A stretch of 64,000 bases of DNA from Macrostomum lignano (lineage: Eukaryota). Below, one piece after another: positions 10,753 through 23,629 of the stretch (the stretch's first letter is position 1; every line of letters begins with the position of its first letter). The position numbers and the translations under genes were made by a program. The notes beneath the pieces were generated by a model. It was given only the letters and a program-made list of their open reading frames with translations, was not told where the DNA came from and did not search any database. Location of the stretch: positions 248,001-312,000 of the forward strand of contig NIVC01000838.1 in NCBI GenBank assembly GCA_002269645.1. The letters are read 5' to 3'.

Positions 10753-11531
10753 AGCTTGATGAGCTATTTACACCTAATGATGACAGCTGTAGCACCAACC
10801 AGAGAGCATTCCAAGAATGAGTTGAGCTGTCTAAAATAAATTGCTTTTTTCCATGGTCTTATTCAGACCCCGGGAGAGAGAGAGACAGAAGAGAGAGAGG
10901 AAAGATAGGAAAGCTGCCTCATGATTGGCCAGATCCGGGGTGTCCAATCCAATCGGTCTAAAATTTGAGAAATTATGGAAAGGGAAATTTTTGCAGGAAA
11001 AAACACAACCCTTTGCTTGCTTGCTTGCCCCGGATGCGGCATCGGCAGCAGCTTTTTCAATGAGCCCCTTGCCTTTTAATTATAACAACACTAATAATAA
11101 TGGCTAATGTCTGCGAGCTTCTTCTACAAGGGATTCACCCCACAGGGATCTGGATGGGAGGCTGGGGCATTATTATTCTTTCTCACAGCTCATCATCATC
11201 TTCATGTAGAAACTCTGCCGCACATCGCGTTATTACATAATCGGCCGGTTTGAGCGAGTGAATGCCTGTCCGCCTGCCTGTCTGCCTGTGTTTTTTCTTC
11301 AGCCAGTCGTCAAGACCTGCTTGCTTCTGCCTTCTAACCTGGGTTTGGCGGGGCTGGCACAATTGCTCCTTGGACTGTCCGTCCGGGCTGTCGGGGAAGG
11401 GCAAGAGGGGTCGGCTGGAGGGAACCGCGCCTCTTGCGTGGATTCTAACTGGGATTAGGGGATGTTTTGCAGAATTGGTACATGTTTTTTTCAAGAACTT
11501 CCCGGTTGAAATCCCGGAGGAAGTCTATGAG

Positions 11532-13054
11532 GGAGCTGATGTGGATTCCATGGGAGCTGATGTGGGTTCCATGGGAGCTGATGTGGATTCCATGGGAGCT
11601 GATGTGGATTCCATGGGAGCTGGTGCGGGTTCCATGGGAGCTGGTGTGGATTCCATGGAAGCTGATGTGGATTCCATGGGAGCTGATGTGGATTCCATGG
11701 GAGCTGATGTGGATTCCATGGGAGCTGGTGCGGGTTCCATGGGAGCTGGTGTGGATTCCATGGAAGCTGATGTGGATTCCATGGGAGCTGATGTGGATTC
11801 CATGGGAGCTGATGCGGGTTCCATGGGAGCTGATGTGGATTCCATGGGAGCTGATGTGGATTCCATGGGAGCTGATGTGGATTCCATGGAAGCTGATGTG
11901 GATTCCATGGAAGCTGATGTGGATTCCATGGGAGCTGATGTGGATTCCATGGAAGCTGATGTGGGTTCCATGGAAGCTGATGTGGGTTCCATGGAGCTGA
12001 TGTGGATTCCATGGGAGCTGATGTGGATTCCATGGGAGCTGATGTGGATTCCATGGAAGCTGATGTGGGTTCCATGGGAGCTGATGTGGATTCCATGGGA
12101 GCTGATGTGGATTCCATGGGAGCTGATGTGGATTCCATGGGAGCTGATGTGGGTTCCATGGGAGCTGATGCGGGTTCCATGGGAGCTGATGTGGATTCCA
12201 TGGAAGCTGATGTGGGTTCCATGGGAGCTGATGTGGATTCCATGGGAGCTGATGTGGATTCCATGGGAGCTGGTGCGGGTTCCATGGGAGCTGGTGTGGA
12301 TTCCATGGGAGCTGATGTGGATTCCATGGGAGCTGATGTGGGTTCCATGGGAGCTGATGTGGATTCCATGGGAGCTGATGTGGATTCCATGGGAGCTGAT
12401 GTGGGTTCCATGGGAGCTGATGCGGGTTCCATGGGAGCTGATGTGGATTCCATGGAAGCTGATGTGGATTCCATGGGAGCTGATGTGGATTCCATGGGAG
12501 CTGGTGCGGGTTCCATGGGAGCTGGTGTGGATTCCATGGGAGCTGATGTGGATTCCATGGGAGCTGATGTGGATTCCATGGGAGCTGATGTGGATTCCAT
12601 GGAAGCTGATGTGGGTTCCATGGGAGCTGATGTGGATTCCATGGGAGCTGATGTGGATTCCATGGGAGCTGATGTGGATTCCATGGAAGCTGATGTGGGT
12701 TCCATGGGAGCTGATGTGGATTCCATGGGAGCTGATGTGGATTCCATGGGAGCTGATGCGGGTTCCATGAGAGCTGGTGTGGATTCCATGGGAGTTGATG
12801 TGGTTGCATGGGAGTTGATGTGGGTTGCAGTGAGCTGATGTGGATTCCATGGGAGCTGATGTGGGTTCCATGGAGTTGATGTGGGTTCCATGGGAGTTGA
12901 TGTGGGTTGCAGTGAGCTGATGTGGATTCCATGGGAGCTGGTGTGGGTTGCAGTGAGCTGATGTGGGTTCCATGGGAGTTGATGTGGGTTGCAGTGAGCT
13001 GATGTGGGTTCCATGGGAGCTGGTGTGGATTCCATGGGAGCTGATGTGGGTTCC
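11532..13054. repeat. 21-bp minisatellite (GGAGCTGATGTGGATTCCATG), copy 1
   Basis: About 70 tandem units with variant types. Source of the ADVDSMG / ELMWIPW / MESTSAP pseudo-ORFs. Confidence 0.95.
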
Positions 13055-13499
13055 AGAGTTCCAGAGTTCCGTGGGCGCTATTATGTATTTAAGGTGAGTT
13101 CATGTGGGTTCCAATGCCTCCTCACACGGCTAAGCGGTAAATGACGCACGCAAGCTCGGCTAGGTGTGCGCACGTGACTAATTGATGCATTTTAAACGAT
13201 GCAGGCCGACGATTCTTTATAGGGCCTAATTAGCAGAACAAATGAGTTTCTTTAAATTTCTTAAACGGCGCCGAAATTTGGGTCAGAAATTTTTTTTACT
13301 GGAAAGTCAAGAATCTGAGACAGAGACCGAAAAGTTTGAGCTGCTTTAAGGTTAGCCAAGAGTTGAAGCAGAAATTCTACTTTGGTCGGGTCCAATTATT
13401 CTGTAAGCCCTGCGAATTTATAGCTTAAATTCTGTGAAAGAATGTTTTGTTACTATGCGAGGGTTAGATTGTACTCGATACTGATTTAGCATAGTGTGT

Positions 13500-13832
13500 A
13501 GAGTGCGCGCTTATACAACTTGTGTGATAGTGCGCGCATTATACAACTTCGCGCTTTCTGTGATAGTGCGCGCTTATACAACTGCCCCATCCTATGATAG
13601 TGCGCGCTTATACAACTTCGCGCTTCTGTGATAGTGCGCGCTTATACAACTGCCCCATCCTATGATAGTGCGCGCTTATACAACTTCGCGCTCTGTTTGA
13701 TAGTGCGCGCTGTATACAACTTGCCGCTTCTGTGATAGTGCGCGCTTATACAACTTCGCGCTTCTGTGATAGTGCGCGCTTATACAACTTCGCGCTTCTG
13801 TGATAGTGCGCGCTTATACAACTTCGCGCTTC
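13500..13832. repeat. 34-bp minisatellite (GATAGTGCGCGCTTATACAACTTCGCGCTTCTGT), copy 1, truncated by gap
   Basis: Tandem units run into the N gap. Confidence 0.9.
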
Positions 13833-14033
13833 NNNNNNNNNNNNNNNNNNNNNNNNNNNNNNNNNNNNNNNNNNNNNNNNNNNNNNNNNNNNNNNNNNNN
13901 NNNNNNNNNNNNNNNNNNNNNNNNNNNNNNNNNNNNNNNNNNNNNNNNNNNNNNNNNNNNNNNNNNNNNNNNNNNNNNNNNNNNNNNNNNNNNNNNNNNN
14001 NNNNNNNNNNNNNCGGATGCGGCATCGGCAGCA
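13833..14033. other. Assembly gap (201 N)
   Basis: Run of N characters. Confidence 1.
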
Positions 14034-16830
14034 GCTTTTTCAATGAGCCCCTTGCCTTTTAATTATAACAACACTAATAATAATGGCTAATGTCTGCGAG
14101 CTTCTTCTACAAGGGATTCACCCACAGGGATCTGGATGGGAGGCTGGGGCATTATTATTCTTTCTCACAGCTCATCATCATCTTCATGTAGAAACTCTGC
14201 GCACATCGCGTTATTACATAATCGGCCGGTTTGAGCGAGTGAATGCCTGTCCGCCTGCCTGTCTGCCTGTGTTTTTTCTTCAGCCAGTCGTCAAGACCTG
14301 CTTGCTTCTGCCTTCTAACCTGGGTTTGGCGGGGCTGCACAATTGCTCCTTGGGACTGTCGTCCGGGCTGTCGGGTAAGGGCAAGAGGGGTGGTGCTGGA
14401 GGGAACCGCGCCTCTTGCGTGGATTCTAACTGGATTAGGGATGTTTTGCAGAATTGGTACATGTTTTTTTCAAGAACTTCCCGGTTGAAATCCCGGAGGA
14501 AGTCTATGAGGGAGCTGATGTGGATTCCATGGGAGCTGATGTGGGTTCCATGGGAGCTGATGTGGATTCCATGGGAGCTGATGTGGATTCCATGGGAGCT
14601 GGTGCGGGTTCCATGGGAGCTGGTGTGGATTCCATGGAAGCTGATGTGGATTCCATGGAGCTGATGTGGATTCCATGGGAGCTGATGTGGATTCCATGGG
14701 AGCTGGTGCGGGTTCCATGGGAGCTGGTGTGGATTCCATGGAAGCTGATGTGGATTCCATGGGAGCTGATGTGGATTCCATGGGAGCTGATGCGGGTTCC
14801 ATGGGAGCTGATGTGGATTCCATGGGAGCTGATGTGGATTCCATGGGAGCTGATGTGGATTCCATGGAAGCTGATGTGGATTCCATGGAAGCTGATGTGG
14901 ATTCCATGGGAGCTGATGTGGATTCCATGGAAGCTGATGTGGGTTCCATGGAAGCTGATGTGGGTTCCATGGGAGCTGATGTGGATTCCATGGGAGCTGA
15001 TGTGGATTCCATGGGAGCTGATGTGGATTCCATGGAAGCTGATGTGGGTTCCATGGGAGCTGATGTGGATTCCATGGGAGCTGATGTGGATTCCATGGGA
15101 GCTGATGTGGATTCCATGGGAGCTGATGTGGGTTCCATGGGAGCTGATGCGGGTTCCATGGGAGCTGATGTGGATTCCATGGAAGCTGATGTGGGTTCCA
15201 TGGGAGCTGATGTGGATTCCATGGGAGCTGATGTGGATTCCATGGGAGCTGGTGCGGGTTCCATGGGAGCTGGTGTGGATTCCATGGGAGCTGATGTGGA
15301 TTCCATGGGAGCTGATGTGGGTTCCATGGGAGCTGATGTGGATTCCATGGGAGCTGATGTGGATTCCATGGGAGCTGATGTGGGTTCCATGGGAGCTGAT
15401 GCGGGTTCCATGGGAGCTGATGTGGATTCCATGGAAGCTGATGTGGATTCCATGGGAGCTGATGTGGATTCCATGGGAGCTGGTGCGGGTTCCATGGGAG
15501 CTGGTGTGGATTCCATGGGAGCTGATGTGGATTCCATGGGAGCTGATGTGGATTCCATGGGAGCTGATGTGGATTCCATGGAAGCTGATGTGGGTTCCAT
15601 GGGAGCTGATGTGGATTCCATGGGAGCTGATGTGGATTCCATGGGAGCTGATGTGGATTCCATGGAAGCTGATGTGGGTTCCATGGGAGCTGATGTGGAT
15701 TCCATGGGAGCTGATGTGGATTCCATGGGAGCTGATGCGGGTTCCATGAGAGCTGGTGTGGATTCCATGGGAGTTGATGTGGGTTGCATGGGAGTTGATG
15801 TGGGTTGCAGTGAGCTGATGTGGATTCCATGGGAGCTGATGTGGGTTCCATGGGAGTTGATGTGGGTTCCATGGGAGTTGATGTGGGTTGCAGTGAGCTG
15901 ATGTGGATTCCATGGGAGCTGGTGTGGGTTGCAGTGAGCTGATGTGGGTTCCATGGGAGTTGATGTGGGTTGCAGTGAGCTGATGTGGGTTCCATGGGAG
16001 CTGGTGTGGATTCCATGGGAGCTGATGTGGGTTCCAGAGTTCCAGAGTTCCGTGGGCGCTATTATGTATTTAAGGTGAGTTCATGTGGGTTCCAATGCCT
16101 CCTCACACGGCTAAGCGGTAAATGACGCACGCAAGCTCGGCTAGGTGTGCGCACGTGACTAATTGATGCATTTTAAACGATGCAGGCCGACGATTCTTTA
16201 TAGGGCCTAATTAGCAGAACAAATGAGTTTCTTTAAATTTCTTAAACGGCCGAAATTTGGGTCAGAAATTTTTTTTACTGGAAAGTCAAGAATCTGAGAC
16301 AGAGACCGAAAAGTTTGAGCTGCTTTAAGGTTAGCCAAGAGTTGAAGCAGAAATTCTACTTTGGTCGGGTCCAATTATTCTGTAAGCCCTGCGAATTTAT
16401 AGCTTAAATTCTGTGAAAGAATGTTTTTGTTACTATGCGAGGGTTAGATTGTACTCGATACTGATTTAGCATAGTGTGTAGAGCCCTTCTGTGTTAGTGC
16501 GCGCTTATACAACTTCGCGCTTCTGTGATAGTGCGCGCTTATACAACTGCCCCATCCTATGATAGTGCGCGCTTATACAACTTCGCGCTTCTGTGATAGT
16601 GCGCGCTTATACAACTGCCCCATCCTATGATAGTGCGCGCTTATACAACTTCGCGCTTCTGTGATAGTGCGCGCTTATACAACTGCCCCATCCTATGATA
16701 GTGCGCGCTTATACAACTTCGCGCTTCTGTGATAGTGCGCGCTTATACAACTTCGCGCTTCTGTGATAGTGCGCGCTTATACAACTTCGCGCTTCTGTGA
16801 TAGTGCGCGCTTGTACAACTGCCTCATCCT
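14034..16830 (+). repeat. Second copy of the block 11031-13832 (tandem duplication across the gap)
   Basis: Sequence after the gap restarts with CGGATGCGGCATCGGCAGCAGC, identical to 11031 onward, and repeats the unique flank, 21-bp array, spacer and 34-bp array. Differences are mostly single-base indels. Confidence 0.9.
14511..16035. repeat. 21-bp minisatellite, copy 2
   Basis: Same unit and variant order as 11532-13054. Confidence 0.95.
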
Positions 16831-16916
16831 ATGATAGTGCGCGCTTATACAACTTCGCGCTTCTGTGATAGTGCGCGCTTATACAACTTCGCGCTTCTGT
16901 GATAGTGCGCGCTTAT
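16487..16916. repeat. 34-bp minisatellite, copy 2, with two alternating unit types
   Basis: GATAGTGCGCGCTTATACAACT followed by TCGCGCTTCTGT or GCCCCATCCTAT. Confidence 0.95.
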
Positions 16917-17636
16917 CTAGACAGTTTTACATGTATTTGCAAGATTTCCCTGGTAGATTTTGTGAGTAGAGCGCTAGCCTGACTCAGAAATCCAGACAAT
17001 GATAATTTATTGCGAGCTGCGCGAAAAACAGTTGATAACTTCATAAATCTCTATCTCCGGGCAAATCCTGCCCCCTAAGATACAAAAAGAATTTGAGAAG
17101 CAGTCGCCGTGTTTATTCCACAGTAGCTAGGAAGTGATATGGAGAGTCTGCCGTTGCTAACTGAAGTCTGAAGCCCCCCCCGCTGTGAGGGATTCGAAGG
17201 AGAGCTCGGCTCTTTGAAGCTACGAAGCTGTTGGTCACGCAATGCAACTCAGCTGGGGGCATCAGTCTGCATTGTCAGGCAATAATTTCCATGCAATTAA
17301 TACAGGGGATTATGATAATTATAATTATAATGGCATTGGTAGCAACACTTGTCTATCAAGCCGTGCGGAATGGGCTGGTGGCAGCTTAGCGCCAGGTATT
17401 TTGCAGCGTCGTTACAGCTGCCGTTGCCACGGGATATCCAGTCTTCCCACATCCCCTCGCCCTTCTTTCTATCCATGCAATTATGGATAGGTTTCCCCGC
17501 ATCCCCCAGGCATTGGCTGAACATTAGTGACTCGGTGGGCGATGAAGGAGGCTGGGGCCAGGCTTTCAAGAGCGGAGGAGAGCCTGCGTGACTGATTGAC
17601 TTTCTCTCTTTTTCTTTCTCTCCCGGCCTGTCTTCA

Positions 17637-18182
17637 GCGCAGCAGAAGCAATAAGAGCTCTCTTCCTTTCCCTCTCTCCCTCTCCCTCTCCTCTCTCCCT
17701 CTCCCTCTCTCCTCTCCCTCTCCCTCTCTTCCTCTCCTCTCTCCCTCTCCCTCTCCCTCTCTTCCTCTCCCTCTCTCCCTCTCCTCTCTCCCTCTCCCTC
17801 TCTCCCTCTCCTCTCCCTCTCCCTCTCTCCCTCTCCCTCTCCCTCTCCCTCTCTCCCTCTCCCTCTCTCCCTCTCCCTCTCTCCCTCTCCCTCTCTCCCT
17901 CTCCCTCTCCTCTCCTCTCTCCCTCTCCCTCTCCCTCTCTCCCTCTCCCTCTCCCTCTCTTCCTCTCCCTCTCTCCCTCTCCCTCTCTCCCTCTCCCTCT
18001 CCCTCTCTTCCTCTCCCTCTCTCCCTCTCCCTCTCTCCTCTCTCCTCTCTCTCCCTCTCTCCCTCTCTCCCTCCCCCTCTCCCTCTCTCCCTCTCTTCTT
18101 CTCTCTCCTTTCCCTCCCTCTCTCCGTCTCTCCCTCTCTCCCTCTCTCCCTCTCTTCCTCTCTCTCCTTTCCCTCCCTCTCT
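17637..18182. repeat. (CTCTCC)n-like polypyrimidine tract
   Basis: Almost purely C/T over about 550 bp. Confidence 0.9.
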
Positions 18183-19145
18183 CCTACTCGCCCTGACGAA
18201 GAATTTACCAGATTTGAAATATCAGCAATATAAAATAATTTACTTATCAGTCCTTTTTCACCGTGTCAACGCCTGAGATTGGAGGTGCCCTACTCTCTCT
18301 CCTCTCCCTCTCTCCCTCTTCCCTTTCTCTTCTCAGTGCAGCAGTGGAACTCTCCCTGCAGCGACCCTCCCTGAAAGCAACGAAGAAAATTCAGTTCCCC
18401 ATCCCGCCAAAAATTGCCGAACAGAGCGGGCATTAATATTATTCGAAGCAGATTTCAGCAATAATGGCGAGGATCTTTTAGTAGAAGAAGAAAGCTGCTG
18501 CTACTGCCCCGTTGATGATGCTGATGATGACGCAATCTTTATAACCCCTCGCCTCCACTCCGGCCTAATACTTCGAAGCATAATGCCTCCCCCGGGGGGG
18601 GGGTCTGTACGCGCCCGAGTTTCTGTACAGTATAGCGAGAAAGGCGGAACTGAATCTTGCAGCATGGCGAACGGCAATGCCAGCCAGCCTGAGCTCGCCA
18701 AGTGCTGCCTTTTGTAAGGGGATTTTTTCGAGACTTTGACAACTAAAATCGGGATTGGGGCTGGTTTGAAGGAGGTGGAGCGAATGGGCGGGTGAATCAG
18801 CCAGAGCGGGGTGGGGGTTGAAGCGCCTGCTGTCAAATTCCCACGACTGGAGGGCCGGGAGGGCCCAGGGAGTAAGTAAGTGGGGAGTTTCAAGGAGCGA
18901 CCACCGGCCCGAAACCGGTGTTTCCTGTCACCGCGCTGGCCTCCTGGATCACCGACACTTTTGCGGCTAATCTCGGCCGATGTGCAGGGATAGGGACTAC
19001 TAAGCAGAGATGTCTAGACCTGAGCCCGAAGAAGTTTGTTTTACAACGGATTTTAGTTCTTTAAGTCTCTAGAGCGTTATGGACATACAAATATTAGATA
19101 TTTAGTATATTTAGATTTAGTTTCTTATCGCCTAACGGAATCCCG

Positions 19146-19720
19146 TGACCTCCCCCATGCCCACTGTGACCTCCACTATGCCCCCTGTGACCTCCACTAT
19201 GCCCCCTGTGACCTCCACTATGCCCCCTGTGACCTCCACTATGCCCCTGTGACCTCCACTATGCCCCCTGTGACTTCCACTATGCCCCTTGTGACCTCCA
19301 CTATGCCCCCCTTTGACCTCCCCTATGCCCCCTGTGACCTCCACTATGTCCCCTGTGACTTCCACTATGCCCCCCTGTGACTTCCACTATGCCCCTTGTG
19401 ACCTCCACTATGCCCCCTTTGACCTCCCCTATGCCCCCTGTGACCTCCACTATGTCCCCTGTGACTTCCACTATGCCCCCTTTGACCTCCCTTGTGCCCC
19501 TGTGCCCTCTTCCAAGACCCCTGTGCCCTCCCTATTAACCCCTGTGCCCTCTCATATTACCCCTGTGCCCTCCCTATAACCCATGTACCTTCTCATATGA
19601 CCCCTGTGCCCTCCCCTAAGACCCATGTACCCTCTCATATGACCCCTGTGCCCTCCCCTAAGACTCCTGTGCCCTCTCCTATGACCCCTGTGCTCTCCCC
19701 AATGCCCCCTGTTCTCTGAC
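19146..19720. repeat. Compound 21-bp minisatellites (TGTGACCTCCACTATGCCCCC, then GACCCCTGTGCCCTC-type)
   Basis: Direct tandem periodicity. Confidence 0.85.
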
Positions 19721-20889
19721 CATGTCCCCCTGATTATATTTATAATCTCCAATCCAGACGGCAGATTAGTTTCGAACTCCACGGAGCATAATTCAAGCCA
19801 AGCAGCGGCATATGTGTGCATTGGGATATTGCAATATAAAAAATCCTTTCTAATCCCTCAATAAATGAGGGAGATTTTCCTCGATATGGATTTCCCCCCC
19901 CCACGCCAATTTAGTTGCTAAAAATCCCCCCAGCCAGCGTCAACCCAAGCCGGAAGCGGCGCCTTTTAATTTTCAAGAAAGAAAGAAAAAAATCTGTCAC
20001 CCCTTCGGTCATCGTCATTGTCGCGGAGATTTTTTTGATCCCGAAAAATCCCCGACAGAAACTGCGACCGTGTCAGCTGGTGCCAGCTGCCCAGGCTTAT
20101 CGCTACGGCTGGAGGGTCAACGGCTGTTCAGTTTCACCCCGTCATCGGCCCTCAGGCCAGCATCAGATTCAATGCATCATCAAAAGCCGACACGAGGCTA
20201 AGCGACGTCAGTGAAAGGATCAGCTGCGCCAATCGCAGTTCACGCCCGGTCGAGCCCGCACAGACGCGGGAACTCCAATCGTGGGAGTTTGGGGATCACG
20301 GGGCTCTTTGTCGCCCACTGCCAGACTTGAAAATATGAAATTGAGAACGCTTTGCTCGGCCACTCGAGTTTCGCTCTCGCCCTCGATTCTTCTCAAACTG
20401 TAGACGATGAGGCACGAGAATTAATTAACTTTCCTTAAAGAAACTCTATACGCCAATAAACAGCCTTTGTCGGTCGGGCTTGGCCCATACTTCATTCGCT
20501 TTTTTCTCTCAATTCTTTTCTCAAACAACCATCGCGTGACTTCGAGCAGGCGCTTCCATTGATTCTGGACCGAGCCGGTCCTCTTCGTGCGCCTCTTAAT
20601 TTCCCCCCTGAGCCCCATTGCCATTGTGGTCGGTCGGGCGGTGTTTGACTAGACCACCGCTTGTAGTTCAGGCGCGCCATGCTGGGGTCTGAAAAGGAGC
20701 CCCGCTGCGAGAGCCGTATGGACTTGACAGCAGGAAGCGGGCAGAAGGCAACGACTGCCTTCAAAGCCCCGCTGTGAGGGCTATAATATTGCTAAGGCAT
20801 CTGAGCCGCTGAGCTCCGTAATGGGAAATTAGCTTTCAGTATGGGACTACCATTTTCAGACATTAGTTCCCTCCCACCTGTCTCCCATG

Positions 20890-21955
20890 ACTCCCTCTCC
20901 ACATCTCCCTCTCCACTTCTCCCTCTCCACATCTCCCTCTCCATGTCTCCCTCTCCACATCTCCCTCTCTACATCTCCCTCTCCACATCTCCCTCTCCAC
21001 ATCTCCCTCTCCACATCTCCCTCTCCACATCTCCCTCTCCATGTCTCCCTCTCCACATCTCCCTCTCCATGTCTCCCTCTCCACATCTCCCTCTCTACAT
21101 CTCCCTCTCCACATCTCCCTCTCCACATCTCCCTCTCCACATCTCCCTCTCCACATCTCCCTCTCCATATCTCCCTCTCCACATCTCCCTCTCCGAATCT
21201 CCCTCTCCACATCCCCCTCTCCAATCTCCCTCTCTGTGTCTCCCTCTCTGTGTCTCCCTTTCCACATCTCCCTCTCCACATCTCCCTCTCCACATCTCCC
21301 TCTCCACATCTCCCTCTCCACATCTCCCTTTTCACATCTCCCTCTCCACATCTCCCTCTCCACATCTCCCTCTCCACATCTCCCTCTCCGAATCTCCCTC
21401 TCCACATCCCCTCTCCAATCTCCCTCTCTGTGTCTCCCTCTCTGTGTCTCCTTTTCCACATCTCCCTCTCCACATCTCCCTCTCCACATCTCCCTCTCCA
21501 CATCTCCCTCTCCACATCTCCCTCTCCACATCTCCCTCTCCGAATCTCCCTCTCCACATCCCCCTCTCCAATCTCCCTCTCTGTGTCTCCCTCTCTGTGT
21601 CTCCCTTTCCACATCTCCCTCTCCACATCTCCCTCTCCACATCTCCCTCTCCACATCTCCCTTTCCACATCTCCCTCTCCACATCTCCCTCTCCACATCT
21701 CCCTCTCCACATCTCCCTCTCCGAATCTCCCTCTCCACATCCCCCTCTCCAATCTCCCTCTCTGTGTCTCCCTCTCTGTGTCTCCTTTTCCACATCTCCC
21801 TCTCCACATCTCCCTCTCCACATCTCCCTCTCCACATCTCCCTCTCCACATCTCCCTCTCCACATCTCCCTCTCCACATCTCCCTCTCCACATCTCCCTC
21901 TCCGAATCTCCCTCTCCACATCTCCCTCTCCGAATCTCCCTCTCCACATCTCCCT
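20890..21955. repeat. 14-bp minisatellite (CCACATCTCCCTCT) with higher-order variants
   Basis: About 75 units. Source of the HLPLHISLSTSPSP / GEGDVEREMWRGRC pseudo-ORFs. Confidence 0.95.
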
Positions 21956-22589
21956 CCCCTCCTTCTCTCCCTTCCTTCCCTGTATCCCCCCTCGAGCTGC
22001 CATATCTACGTGAAGCCGCCCCAAGAGCCATATGGTCATGACTGAGGCAGTGGCTGGACAAGAAAAAAACACAGAGAGCCTTGAAGGCGCCCTGCTGCGC
22101 ATCTGATAAGGCATCTGAGCGGCCCGAACGCGCCAGTGCGTAAAAAGAAAAATTATTTTTGAACAGGGGGGGGGGCAAAAAAGTGTTTCGACAGTTCTTC
22201 GAGGCCGGTGCCGCCCGCCTCGACACCCCGCTGCGCTCGGCACCCCGCAGAGAGGGGGAGGGGGTTGACGGTCGGATTTCCGCAATTACGAAGGCATTCC
22301 AGTCTTATCCGGAGTCTTCATCTGTTCTCGAGCTGAAGCCAATCTCCCAGGCAGCTGAGCTCCACAAGCCGCTTTTGTACCAATTTTATGGACTCTCTCT
22401 GCGTGTGTGCGACTGCTGGCCTGCATTTATTATGCTGGATCACCCATTCTCTCATCCACCATCCGCTTCTCCTGTCCTTTGTCCCTTCGCTCACCGATCT
22501 CTCGCAGTGGCATCGCCGCCTCTCACTGGCTTCACCTTGTCAGTGCCTGTGTCTACTGGGCCTTTCTAATCTCCCCCCCCCCACCTTCC

Positions 22590-22835
22590 AATAATCTCTC
22601 TACTCTCTCCCTCTCTTGTCATCTCTTTCTCTGCTCTCCTTTCCCTCTTTTCCTTTCTTTTCTTTCCCCTCCTCTCCTCTCCTCTCCCCTCTCCTCTCCT
22701 CTCCTCTCCTCTCCTCTCCTCTCCCCTCCTCTCCCTCTCCTCTCTCCTCTCCCCTCCCCTCCTCTCCTCTCCTCTCCCCTCCTCTCCCCTTCTCTCTTCT
22801 CCCCTCCTCTCCTCTCCTCTCCCCACTTCTTCCCT
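22590..22835. repeat. (CTCCT)n polypyrimidine tract
   Basis: Low-complexity C/T. Confidence 0.85.
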
Positions 22836-23629
22836 CTACACCCCTTCTGTCGGTGTCCCTTCAACACGCCCCCGAGTCTGCATCTCCGCAACTGCTCCCT
22901 TAGTTTTCCTGGCATCATACAATGATTAATTTTAACTTAAAGAAAAAAGATCTCTGCTGAGATTCTTGCTTACAAAATCAGATATTGGCGGCTCAGCTTT
23001 CCCGACAGTGTTGCCTGCATAGAGTCTCACAGTTGCCATTTCGCTAGCACTCGCTTCTTCATCTGATTCTCTATCTGTCTCTCCTTACCATGCCTAAGCA
23101 ATTAGCAAGACGGTGCGGCACACCTGCTATTAACCAAGCCATCTCCATCGCTTCTCTACTCGCTTTGGCTGCTCGGGTTTCTTGACGAGTAAATTTCTGA
23201 TTCATGGCTGCTCAGATTCCTCCGAGTTGCTTTGATGGCGCCTGTCACGTGATCAGATTCAGCTGCCAATAATTTCTCCGCTCCGGTGACTTTTAATACC
23301 CCAGTAGGGTTGTGCAAGCCGACTGTGCCACCAGATTGTCTGCCAGATATTTTTCAGATAGCCTGCGAGTTTGAGTCAATCAGTTTGCTTGGCCTTGAGA
23401 GAAATATTTCTTCACTGACTGAATGCCTCATTTCGTTCAAGAAAGTTCGCTTTGGATTCTTTTAAAAATCCCCATGGCCTTGAGGATCCCGTCAGGCTGA
23501 TGGCAGAAGGGAAATCCAGATTTTAATTATTGTAAAAAGTGTCCCCTCGGAAACCATGCCATTGATGAAAAAATTGTTTCAATTAAATTTCATTGGTCAT
23601 TGAATGTCTATCGGTCTAGAAGATAAGGT

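Noticed and set aside
1220-10754. Alternative-frame and antisense ORFs overlapping the ADAM and M13-like exons
   Set aside because: Shadows of GC-rich coding sequence with no domain features.
11480-13100. Hemopexin-like reading FFKNFPVEIPEEVYE...FRGRYYVFK joined across the 21-bp array, with a GTGAGT donor
   Set aside because: There is no canonical donor at the array start, the downstream GTGAGTTCATGTGGGTTCC is itself a degenerate repeat unit, and no further exons were found.
11262-16016. Long ORFs of 400-580 aa (ADVDSMG, MESTSAP, PWNPHQL repeats)
   Set aside because: They are translations of a 21-bp minisatellite. They are open in several frames on both strands and broken by indels that differ between the two copies.
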